NCBI GenBank assembly: GCA_021851875.1 | Contig: JAJZQI010000007.1 | Location: 27,800 to 91,799 of the forward strand | DNA from: Pseudomonadota bacterium | GTDB lineage: Bacteria; Pseudomonadota; Gammaproteobacteria; Burkholderiales; JAJZQI01 | Direction: 5' to 3' | Length of the DNA stretch: 64,000 nt | Part shown: piece by piece, positions 55,991 through 64,000 of the stretch | How the letters are laid out: every line of letters begins with the position of its first letter | How positions within the stretch are numbered: position 1 is the first letter of the stretch | Made by a program: the position numbers and the translations under genes | Notes under the pieces: generated by a model | The model's database searches: none | Told to the model about the DNA's origin: nothing | What the model saw: only the letters and a program-made list of their open reading frames with translations

Positions 55991-56886
55991 CAGTCGACAA
56001 TCTGGCCAAACGTTACGGCGATCGCCGCGTGGTTGACGGCATCAGTTTTACGATCGAGAAAGGCCAATGTTTTGGTTTGCTGGGGCCGAATGGCGCCGGT
56101 AAAACGACAACCTTGCGCTTGCTGTTGGGTTTGATCCGGCCCGATGGCGGACAGATCGACCTGCTCGGTCATGCCATTCCGCAAGCTGCCCGTGAAGCGC
56201 GCATGCGGGTAGGGGTTGTGCCGCAGATGGACAACCTCGATCCGGACTTCACCGTGCGGGAAAATCTGCTGGTCTACGGGCGCTATTTCGGTCTGGCCCA
56301 CGCTGAAATCGAGGCACGCATTCCCCGTTTGCTCGAGCTGGCGGGTTTGCAGGCGCGTGCCGATTCGCTGATCAACAGTCTGTCCGGCGGCATGAAACGG
56401 CGCCTGACACTGGCGCGTGCCCTGGTGAACGACCCGGACCTGATCTTTCTCGACGAACCGACCACCGGCCTCGATCCGCAAGCGCGGCACCTGTTGTGGC
56501 ACAGCCTGCGCCAGCTGATGAACGAAGGCAAAACCATTCTGCTCACCACGCACTATATGGACGAGGCGGAACGGCTGTGCAATGTGCTCGGTATTATGGA
56601 TGCGGGCAAGCTGATCGCTTTCGGGCCGCCCGGCGAGATGATCGCCCGTCACATCGAACCCAGCGTGGTGGAGGTCTACGGTGATGTGTTGCATGACGCG
56701 CAAGTCATCATGCAGCCGCATTGCGAGCGGTTGGAGCGGGTGGGTGAAACGCTGTTCGGCTACTGCGCCAAGGCCGAGCCGGTACTGCAGGCGTTGAAAC
56801 CGCTTGCTGCCCTGCGCATCACGCACCGTCCGGCGAATCTTGAGGATGTGTTCCTGAAATTGACCGGCCGGGACCTGAGGGATTGA
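55978..56886 (+). CDS. ABC-2-type exporter ATP-binding protein (NodI-like)
   Basis: Walker A GPNGAGKTT, signature LSGGMKRR, Walker B IFLDEPTTGLD. GTG start. Confidence 0.9.
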   Translation: MRVLTVDNLAKRYGDRRVVDGISFTIEKGQCFGLLGPNGAGKTTTLRLLLGLIRPDGGQIDLLGHAIPQAAREARMRVGVVPQMDNLDPDFTVRENLLVYGRYFGLAHAEIEARIPRLLELAGLQARADSLINSLSGGMKRRLTLARALVNDPDLIFLDEPTTGLDPQARHLLWHSLRQLMNEGKTILLTTHYMDEAERLCNVLGIMDAGKLIAFGPPGEMIARHIEPSVVEVYGDVLHDAQVIMQPHCERLERVGETLFGYCAKAEPVLQALKPLAALRITHRPANLEDVFLKLTGRDLRD

Positions 56887-57665
56887 TGATGTCTTGTTTG
56901 CCTACTTTCAGCTGGCGCTTTTTGGCCGTCTGGCAGCGTAATTTCAAAGTCTGGAAAAAGCTGGCCTTGCCCTCCGTGCTGGGCAATCTGGCCGACCCGA
57001 TGATGTACATGCTCGGTCTGGGTTACGGTCTGGGCCGTTTGCTGCCGGACGTCAACGGCGTACCCTACCTGTCCTTCCTGGCGGCCGGCACGGTGTGTTA
57101 CAGCACCATGAACAGCGCGACCTTCGAGGTGCTGTATTCGGCGTTTTCGCGCATGCACGTACAGAAAAGCTGGGAGGCGATTCTCAACGCACCCATGACG
57201 CTGGATGATGTGGTGCTGGGGGAGCTTTCCTGGGCCGCGTCGAAGAGCCTGCTGTCCGGATTGGCGATTTTGACGGTGATTTGGCTGCTCGGCCTGCAGT
57301 CATCCTGGCTGTTGTCGTTGTGGGTGATTCCGGTGGTGGTGCTGATCGGCATCTGCTTTGCCGGCATGGGCCTGGTGATGAATTCCATCTCGCCCAACTA
57401 CGATTTCTTCATGTATTACTTTACGCTGGTGATCACGCCGATGGTGCTGCTGTGCGGCGTGTTCTACCCGGTGACGGAATTGCCGCACTGGCTGCAGACG
57501 GTTTCATCCTGGCTGCCGCTGACCCACGCCATCGATCTGGCACGGCCGCTGCTGCTGGGCAGCATGCCGCAGGACATTCTGCTGCATGCGTTTGCTCTGC
57601 TGGCCTACGGCCTGGTGGGCTTTGTCGTGGCCCTGCACCTGACACGTAAACGTTTGCTGACCTGA
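56886..57665 (+). CDS. ABC-2-type exporter permease (NodJ-like)
   Basis: About 259 aa with six TM helices. ATG overlaps the ATPase stop by 1 nt. Confidence 0.85.
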   Translation: MMSCLPTFSWRFLAVWQRNFKVWKKLALPSVLGNLADPMMYMLGLGYGLGRLLPDVNGVPYLSFLAAGTVCYSTMNSATFEVLYSAFSRMHVQKSWEAILNAPMTLDDVVLGELSWAASKSLLSGLAILTVIWLLGLQSSWLLSLWVIPVVVLIGICFAGMGLVMNSISPNYDFFMYYFTLVITPMVLLCGVFYPVTELPHWLQTVSSWLPLTHAIDLARPLLLGSMPQDILLHAFALLAYGLVGFVVALHLTRKRLLT

Positions 57666-57672
57666 TGGCCGG

Positions 57673-57707
57673 TTTCCCTCTGCCGGGAGGGAAAATATTT
57701 TATTTTT
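57673..57707 (+). terminator. Rho-independent terminator
   Basis: TTTCCCTC-TGCCGG-GAGGGAAA followed by ATATTTTATTTTT. Starts 8 nt after the permease stop. Confidence 0.7.
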
Positions 57708-57869
57708 CTTTCCTCTCGATAGTCCATTGAAAATAAATAACCTTTTTTTTACAAGGAAAATCAAGCCGGCTGGCGGCAGCCCATTGTCGGCGAGCGGGCT
57801 GGATAACAGCCATGACAAGGTGGTAAAGTTCACTTTAATTCACCAAACACCTGCCCGCTCGTCTGCCTA

Positions 57870-58994
57870 ATGAACATCAAACAGTATCTAGTCGACGAAA
57901 GTTTTCAGTCTCTGCTGTGGCCCGCCCGCCACATGCCCCTGCTGACGCTGCGGCGGGTCGAAACCATCTTGTTCCGGGTACGCCTGGTCGCGTTGCTGTT
58001 CGCTTTTCTCACCGCCGGCTGGATCGTGGTCGATTTCTTCGCCGTCCCCTGGCCCGCCTGGGGATGGCTGGCGGCAGGACGACTGGTCGCCAGTCTGGCA
58101 TTCGCCTTTGTCGCATTGATCTGCGGCCGGGCCAATCGCAAGCACGACATGTATCTCTCGCTGGCCTGCCTGTATGCCATCCCGACATTCTTTTATCTGT
58201 ATTCCTACTGGATACTGAGCGGCGTTGGGCTGTCCGGTCTGACTTCCAGCATTTCCGGCATCTACGCATTCTTGCCGTTCATCATGATTGCCGGCTTGGG
58301 CATGTTTCCGTTAACGGCGGGTGAAAGCCTGATTTACGCCATGCCGGTCATTTTGCTTGAGTTTGTATCTGGTATCGTCGGGATCGATGCGCTTAATTTG
58401 AGCGAGTTGATCGGTTCGGTCTGGCTGGCGGCAATGATGGCGATTGTGGCGGCGCTATCGGGCATGAGCCAGCTGGGATTCATGATCGCACTGGTGCGTC
58501 AGGCCATCCGCGACCCGCTGACGCAGTGTTTCACGCGTTCCAGCGGTGAGGAATTGCTGGAGATGCAGTTCATTATCGCCACCCGCAGCAACAGCCCGCT
58601 GACACTGGCATTTATCGACCTGGATAATTTCAAGGCCATCAATGACAACTACGGTCACGATGCCGGCGACAAGGTGTTGCTGGAAGCCACCCGCAACATC
58701 AGCCAGTCGCTGCGCACGGGCGATATGCTGGTGCGCTGGGGGGGCGAAGAGTTTGTGGTGATTCTGCCCGGCGCATACTGCAACGAGGCTGCTCTGGTGC
58801 TTGAGCGTTTGCTCGCAAAGGGCATGGGCGAGCGGCCCGACGGTCAACCCATTACGGCCAGCGTGGGGCTGGCGGAACGCACGTATGACGACAGCCGGGA
58901 CTGGCGGGAGCTGATCGCCGCCGCCGATCAAAGAATGTATTCGGCCAAGCAATCGGGCAAGAATCGACTGGTGACCTGCGCACGGGCCGCGTGA
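57870..58994 (+). CDS. Membrane-anchored diguanylate cyclase (GGDEF)
   Basis: 374 aa. About six N-terminal TM helices. GGDEF domain with active site GGEEF and an RxxD I-site (RTGD) 5 residues upstream. Confidence 0.9.
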   Translation: MNIKQYLVDESFQSLLWPARHMPLLTLRRVETILFRVRLVALLFAFLTAGWIVVDFFAVPWPAWGWLAAGRLVASLAFAFVALICGRANRKHDMYLSLACLYAIPTFFYLYSYWILSGVGLSGLTSSISGIYAFLPFIMIAGLGMFPLTAGESLIYAMPVILLEFVSGIVGIDALNLSELIGSVWLAAMMAIVAALSGMSQLGFMIALVRQAIRDPLTQCFTRSSGEELLEMQFIIATRSNSPLTLAFIDLDNFKAINDNYGHDAGDKVLLEATRNISQSLRTGDMLVRWGGEEFVVILPGAYCNEAALVLERLLAKGMGERPDGQPITASVGLAERTYDDSRDWRELIAAADQRMYSAKQSGKNRLVTCARAA

Positions 58995-59024
58995 TTTGTC
59001 ACACGCTTTTGCTATCATGCAAGG

Positions 59025-61286
59025 GTGACGACTCAACATGACGCTGGATCCGCCGTGAACAAATACCTCAAATACGCTCTCGTCGCAGCTGCCTCTTTGC
59101 TTGTGTTGTTCGCCGCCGCGCTCGCCGCCGTCGCGATGCTGGTCAATCCCAACGATTACAAGCCGCTGCTGGTCAAGGCCGTGGCGGAGAAGACCCAGCG
59201 CACCCTGACGCTGGACGGCGATATCAAACTGGCGCTGTTTCCCAAGCTGGGGCTGAATCTGGGCCAGACATCCCTGTCCGAGCATGGCGGCAAGGCGGAG
59301 TTTGCCGCGGTCAGCGGGGTAAAGTTGTATGTGGCCTGGCTGCCTCTGCTGCACAAGTCGCTGGTGGTCGATGAGGTGAATATCGACGGCGCGCGGGCCA
59401 ACCTGGTGCGCTACGCCGACGGCAGCAGCAATTATGACGACCTGCTGCAGCAGAAGCAGCCGCCGGCAGAAGAATCCGGCCCGCTCAAGTTTGATGTGCA
59501 GGGCATCAACATCAGCAACAGTGCCGTGACCTTCGACGACCGCATGGCGGGCCGCAAAACATCCATCAGTCAATTCAGCATGCACAGCGGGCGTCTGAAG
59601 GACGGCGTACCCACCGAGCTGGCGCTGGATTTCTCCGCCCAGATGGATAAACCGCAAATCAATGCCACCGTGCACATGAAAAGCGGCGTGCTGTTTGAGC
59701 TGGAGCAGAAACACTACGCCTTGAGCGGACTGGAGCTGGGCGTCAAGGGTAAGGCTGCCGGGCTGACCGATCTTGATCTGTCGCTCAAGGGCGATGTCGA
59801 TGCGCGTTTGGCCGCCACGGAGCTGCTGATGAAAGGTCTGGCCCTCAGTCTGGCCGGCAAGCAAAACGGCAACCCGCTGACTGTCAAACTGGACGCGCCG
59901 AACCTGCAGCTGACGCAGAACAAGGTCAGCAGCGACAAGCTGACCCTCGATGCGCAGGTGCAGCAGGGCAAGGGGACCATCCGGGCCGTGCTGACAGTGC
60001 CTCGGCTGGAGGGGACGGGCGAATCCTTCAAGACCGACCATTTGACCCTGGATGTTGACGGCCAGCAGGGCGACAACGCCATCAAGGGCACATTGACGAG
60101 CCCCTTTGCCGGCAACCTGAAGACCCGGCGTTTTGATCTGGCCCGTTTGCAAGCCAATCTGAATGCGACCAATCCGCAGTTGCCCAAAGGAAAAATGGCG
60201 CTGTCGCTGAGCGGCGATGCGCATGCCGACCTGCTGCGGGAGGATGTGACGGCCAATCTGGCGACGCGGCTGGACGACAGTCATATCAAGGCGGCGCTCG
60301 GCATGAGCCACTTTGCCGCGCCGCAGTACCGCTTCGACGTGGCGGTGGATCAGCTGGACGTGGATCGCTATATGGCAACGAAAACCCAGCCGACTCAGCA
60401 GGCGGCTGCCCAGCCGGAAAAACCGTTCGACCTGTCTGCGCTGAAAACACTCAATGCCAGCGGCAGTCTCAAAGTGGGCTCCCTCAAAGCCTCGAATATC
60501 CGTGCCAGCGATGTGCGCATGGGTGTGAAGGCGGCCGGCGGCCGGCTGGCTATCAGCCCGCTGGCGGCCAATCTCTATGACGGTTCGATGGACGGCGGCG
60601 TGAACATCAACGCCAATGGCACGCCCCAGTTTGTCGTCAAGGAAAACCTGCGCGGCATCAACATCAGTCCCTTGCTGAAGGACGCCATCAACAAGGACAT
60701 GCTGGAGGGCAAGGGCAATGTGTCCCTGGATGTGCAGGCCCAGGGCAATACCGTAACGGCACTGAAAAAATCGCTTGCCGGCAATGCTGCGCTGCAATTG
60801 AAAGACGGCGCCATCAAGGGGGTGAACGTCGCCGCCATGCTACGCAAAGCCAAGGCGCAAATGGGCGGGGGACAGCAGGCACAGGCTGCCAGCGCCAGCG
60901 AAAAAACCGATTTTTCCGAGTTGACGGCCAGTTTCGCGCTGCATGGCGGGGTCGCCCACAATGAGGACTTGTCGATGAAATCGCCTTTGCTGCGACTGGG
61001 CGGTAACGGCGACATCAATATTGGCGACAGCAGCATGAATTACCTGGCCAAAGCCACGGTAGTGGGCACGCTGGAAGGGCAGGGCGGGGCCGAGCTGGCA
61101 TCGCTCAAGGGGGTGACCGTTCCCGTGCGCGTCTCCGGTCCGTTCAGTGCGCTCAAGTACGCGGTGGATATGAATGCGCTGGTGAGCGAGTCGGTCAAAG
61201 CCAAGGCGGCGGAAAAGCGCGAGGAAGTCAAAACCAAGCTGGAAGACAAACTCAAGGGCGAATTGAAAGGCCTGTTCGGTAAGTAG
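59025..61286 (+). CDS. AsmA-family outer-membrane assembly protein
   Basis: 753 aa. N-terminal anchor YALVAAASLLVLFAAALAAVAML, followed by a long repetitive beta-rich body. Start is GTG 59025 or GTG 59055. Confidence 0.85.
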   Translation: MTTQHDAGSAVNKYLKYALVAAASLLVLFAAALAAVAMLVNPNDYKPLLVKAVAEKTQRTLTLDGDIKLALFPKLGLNLGQTSLSEHGGKAEFAAVSGVKLYVAWLPLLHKSLVVDEVNIDGARANLVRYADGSSNYDDLLQQKQPPAEESGPLKFDVQGINISNSAVTFDDRMAGRKTSISQFSMHSGRLKDGVPTELALDFSAQMDKPQINATVHMKSGVLFELEQKHYALSGLELGVKGKAAGLTDLDLSLKGDVDARLAATELLMKGLALSLAGKQNGNPLTVKLDAPNLQLTQNKVSSDKLTLDAQVQQGKGTIRAVLTVPRLEGTGESFKTDHLTLDVDGQQGDNAIKGTLTSPFAGNLKTRRFDLARLQANLNATNPQLPKGKMALSLSGDAHADLLREDVTANLATRLDDSHIKAALGMSHFAAPQYRFDVAVDQLDVDRYMATKTQPTQQAAAQPEKPFDLSALKTLNASGSLKVGSLKASNIRASDVRMGVKAAGGRLAISPLAANLYDGSMDGGVNINANGTPQFVVKENLRGINISPLLKDAINKDMLEGKGNVSLDVQAQGNTVTALKKSLAGNAALQLKDGAIKGVNVAAMLRKAKAQMGGGQQAQAASASEKTDFSELTASFALHGGVAHNEDLSMKSPLLRLGGNGDINIGDSSMNYLAKATVVGTLEGQGGAELASLKGVTVPVRVSGPFSALKYAVDMNALVSESVKAKAAEKREEVKTKLEDKLKGELKGLFGK

Positions 61287-61314
61287 TCCTGCCGCCCGGC
61301 ATGCCGGGCAGGAC
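61286..61314. terminator. GC-rich hairpin between convergent genes (possible bidirectional terminator)
   Basis: GTCCTGCC-N13-GGCAGGAC with an internal CCCGGCATGCCGGG palindrome. No U-tract. Confidence 0.3.
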
Positions 61315-61317
61315 GGG

Positions 61318-64000
61318 CTAGCCGGCTGGCCGTTCAAGCGCCAGCACCGTGGCGGTTTCCGCCCCGGCTGGCCTGCCGGCTGATTTCAGCTGACCTTTGA
61401 CGGCATGCATGACCCGATTGCAAATGCGGTCCGGCGAAAGAACCACCAGCATTTCCTGACAGGGTTCATCCGCGGATTGTTTGACGATGCTCTCGGCCAG
61501 AATGTTGTCGCCGGCCAGCATGGGGGAGATTTTCTCGATCTGGCTGAGTGATACTTCGGGAATTTCTCCCAGCGCGTCAACCAGCAAACCGAGATAGTCG
61601 CTGTCCTCCTGTGCGCGAATCACGACGATTTGCGACTCCGCGTGCATGGGGGCCGTGGGGACGTCCTTCTGCAGAATCTGATGCAGGCTGACAACGGGCA
61701 TCAAGCTGCCGCGAAACATCAGGTAACCCACCACATACTCGGTGGTGCCCGGCACTTTTGTCAGAGAGGTGGCGTCAATCGCTTCAATGACTTGTTGGGA
61801 CGGGATGCCAAACCAGTTTTCGCCAATATAAAAAGTGGCGATTTCACTGCTGTCGCCATCCAGTCGGTTAGCCGTATAATGGTGGTTGCCGGCCTGGCGT
61901 TTAGGCGTATGCGTGTCCGGCAGGCTGAGCGTGCCGGCTTCGCCGAGGGGGGAGAAGAACAGGGCGACCACGTCGTTGCGGTAGGAATCCGCCGAACCCT
62001 TGTACTCACGATAACCGCTGGACATACGCGCTCCGACCGCATAATGCCGCCCCTGAAAGGTGATGATTTTGGCAATGCCCTGTCCGGGCTTGAGTTTGAA
62101 GCAGTCGTCGGGAATGTCCAGTTTGTCGCCACATCCCAGGCTGTCGAGGGTGGCGGCAATGACATGCTGATTTTTGTCGGCGAATACGCCGAAACAGCCG
62201 GGCATCGGTTCGCCGTGCTCATCCTGCGGCAGCGCATCCTGCAACATGGCCTGAAATTGCGGCAAGGAATCGAAGACAACGCCGATGCCTCCCGCCACAC
62301 TGCCCGCATCGTCGGGTGCATGGATGGCTGCGGCATAGATGTACGTGTGCCTGTTATGGTAGAGCGGCGTCGGCACGAAGTGCGAAACGGCATAGTCCTG
62401 CGAGTGCTGCAGCGCCAGCGCCTGCCGGCTCCAGTCTTCCTGCAGTTGGCGGCCGCGCAAACTGGAAAAGTCGGGGTTGGAGACGGCAATCACCCTGCCG
62501 TGCCGGTCAAATAGCACCAGATTGCTGTACACCGTGTACAGGCTGTTGATCTGCGCCAGCACATCCGTCATCCGGGCCGTCTGCTCCGGCGTGGGGGCAT
62601 CGGCTGCCAGGTAATCCCGGAAGAGCGAAGTCAGCGCCCACCAGCGGCAATCATTGGCCCGTTCATACAGATTGCGGTCCATGATGTCGATAGCGAGCGA
62701 GGCCTGGAACAGGCTGTCCTGCAGGATGGCGGAAACGACGGTCTGATGCAGGTTGCCGATCGAGCGTTCGAATACGTCCTTGGTTTTGAGGCCGGTATTG
62801 CTTATTTCCCACAACAGCACCTTGGAAAACGCCGGGTTGAGCACCTTGCGGTCGCTGCTTTGACGCACATTGCCGTTCCAGACGGAGCGATTCAGCTCGC
62901 GCTGGATTTGTTCCGCCTGATTGGGAATGTGGCGCAGCGTCGCGGAAAACAGCGCCGGATTGTGCGTGACTTCCAGCAGGACTTCGCGGGGGATGTCGGC
63001 CAGCTGACCGGTTTCGATCGCTTCGAAGGCGTGCTCCAGCGGAATCATGACGTGGCCGTACCAGCCGGGCCCCAGATAGCCCTGATAGCCTTTGGTCGGG
63101 CGGGTGGTGGCGATGTATTGCCGACCGGCAAAACGCACGATCTGCCAGTCATGCTCGAGCACCGTGTGCAGTTTGGCGCCGACGGGGATGTGGAATGCCT
63201 CGCTGCTGGCGATGACGATTCCCTGCGCATCCAGCAAAGTGACGACCGACCAGGATTTCTCATCCACCAGATTGGCAAAGATGCTTTCCGTTTCATTCTG
63301 GAAGCGGAAGCACAGGCACAGCACGCCCAGCGCGGTTTCACCGTCACGCGCGGTGACGCGGTAAGAGTAAATCAGACTTTTTTCTTCATTGGGGCACAGG
63401 TCGGAGTGCCGGAATGTTTCGACGTAGGATTTGGCCGTGTTGAGCGAGGCCTGCAGCAGCGGGTCATGCGTGCGGCTGACCGGATTGTCCTGATCCAGTT
63501 GCGCCAGCACGTTGCCCTCGGTATCCAGCAGAATGATGTTCTGGTAAACGGAATATTTGCGGGCATATTCATGAAAGCGCACCAGCAGGTTTTCATGCTG
63601 GTTGTGTACCTGCTCCTTCAGCGTGCTGCGGTCGTCGCTGTAGCGTTCATCCAACTCGCGGCGCTTGGCCGGTACAAATTCGAGATAGTCGCGGATGTCG
63701 TCGTCGGTTGCCAGGAAGCCGATGTCGGCGGTTCGTTCAAACAGATTGCGTACCATGATATCGACGGCGACCTGGGCCTTGGCATTCATTTCCTGCACGG
63801 TTTTCTTCAGGGTTTCATGGCCGAGGCTGTTGAGCAAGTTTTCTGTCAGGCGGTGGAAAGCTTGCCGCGTGCTGGTCATATCCGTCCCTGTGCCGGAGAG
63901 CTGTCCCAGCAGGGTCAGGTTATCCCACACGCCTTGCAGGTATTGCAGCGTTTCCCAGTATTCGACGGTCACATTCATGTGTCGAATCAGGTCGTTCAAA
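61318..64000 (-). CDS. Large soluble CheW-domain protein with duplicated N-terminal sensor modules (5' end may lie outside the window)
   Basis: The ORF is open to the window edge; the track start is a TTG at 63999. The C-terminal ~150 aa form a CheW-like domain (FYIGENWFGIPSQQVIEAID...VVGYLMFRGSLMPVVSL). Two internal repeats share DIM-RNL-ER-D helices and PAS/Cache-like blocks. No TM helix is seen. Confidence 0.8.
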   Translation of the reverse strand, partial: LNDLIRHMNVTVEYWETLQYLQGVWDNLTLLGQLSGTGTDMTSTRQAFHRLTENLLNSLGHETLKKTVQEMNAKAQVAVDIMVRNLFERTADIGFLATDDDIRDYLEFVPAKRRELDERYSDDRSTLKEQVHNQHENLLVRFHEYARKYSVYQNIILLDTEGNVLAQLDQDNPVSRTHDPLLQASLNTAKSYVETFRHSDLCPNEEKSLIYSYRVTARDGETALGVLCLCFRFQNETESIFANLVDEKSWSVVTLLDAQGIVIASSEAFHIPVGAKLHTVLEHDWQIVRFAGRQYIATTRPTKGYQGYLGPGWYGHVMIPLEHAFEAIETGQLADIPREVLLEVTHNPALFSATLRHIPNQAEQIQRELNRSVWNGNVRQSSDRKVLNPAFSKVLLWEISNTGLKTKDVFERSIGNLHQTVVSAILQDSLFQASLAIDIMDRNLYERANDCRWWALTSLFRDYLAADAPTPEQTARMTDVLAQINSLYTVYSNLVLFDRHGRVIAVSNPDFSSLRGRQLQEDWSRQALALQHSQDYAVSHFVPTPLYHNRHTYIYAAAIHAPDDAGSVAGGIGVVFDSLPQFQAMLQDALPQDEHGEPMPGCFGVFADKNQHVIAATLDSLGCGDKLDIPDDCFKLKPGQGIAKIITFQGRHYAVGARMSSGYREYKGSADSYRNDVVALFFSPLGEAGTLSLPDTHTPKRQAGNHHYTANRLDGDSSEIATFYIGENWFGIPSQQVIEAIDATSLTKVPGTTEYVVGYLMFRGSLMPVVSLHQILQKDVPTAPMHAESQIVVIRAQEDSDYLGLLVDALGEIPEVSLSQIEKISPMLAGDNILAESIVKQSADEPCQEMLVVLSPDRICNRVMHAVKGQLKSAGRPAGAETATVLALERPAG

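Noticed and set aside
1-64000. Window-wide look for CRISPR arrays, tRNA/rRNA genes, retron-like or tandem direct repeats, and phase-variable simple-sequence tracts in mod or res.
   Set aside because: By eye I saw no spaced direct-repeat array, no cloverleaf-compatible or rRNA-like segment in any intergenic region, and no long homopolymer or short tandem repeat within the R-M genes. An intergenic T8 at 57743-57750 and a coding A7 near 55164 are unremarkable. A tRNAscan/Infernal pass would confirm this.

Overview
High-GC chromosomal window, proteobacterial by gene content; the taxon cannot be verified from sequence alone. About 55 genes are supportable. Many long antisense ORFs in the track are GC-driven artefacts.

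- **Left part (1-12.9 kb):** a TonB-dependent receptor plus a PepSY membrane protein. The PepSY gene is missing from the ORF track because it runs off the window edge. Next come a secreted GlcG-like protein and an IclR regulator. The regulator is divergent from a tightly coupled operon: ThDP ketolase-family enzyme, DUF1537 acid-sugar kinase, glcDEF.
- **Centre (12.9-40.4 kb):** two convergent transcription units, each fronted by a ykkC/guanidine-I riboswitch aptamer, a sigma-54-type -24/-12 promoter and NtrC-like dyads.
  - Unit 1 (+ strand) encodes ABC permease/ATPase, two DUF1989 proteins, a urea/guanidine carboxylase and allophanate hydrolase.
  - Unit 2 (- strand) encodes the missing ABC substrate-binding protein, then an uncharacterised four-gene cassette: DMT transporter, isochorismatase-like hydrolase, MBL-fold hydrolase and a 267-aa orphan.
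- **Defence block (22.5-35.8 kb), wedged between their 3' ends:** about 13.3 kb with no integrase. It holds a DUF4143 AAA ATPase and an eight-gene overlapping array: Type III mod, DUF4160, DUF2442, res, then Wadjet jetABCD.
- **Right part (40.4-64 kb):** mostly housekeeping genes (dusB-fis, purH, purD, tsaC, hemF, transporters, GGDEF, AsmA) and a large soluble CheW-domain sensor cut by the window edge.

**Other signals:** a candidate sigma-54-driven sRNA, a MITE-like insertion inside the guanidine operon, and a REP-like repeat inserted in frame in mod.

**Not found:** rRNA, tRNA, CRISPR array, transposase or integrase.
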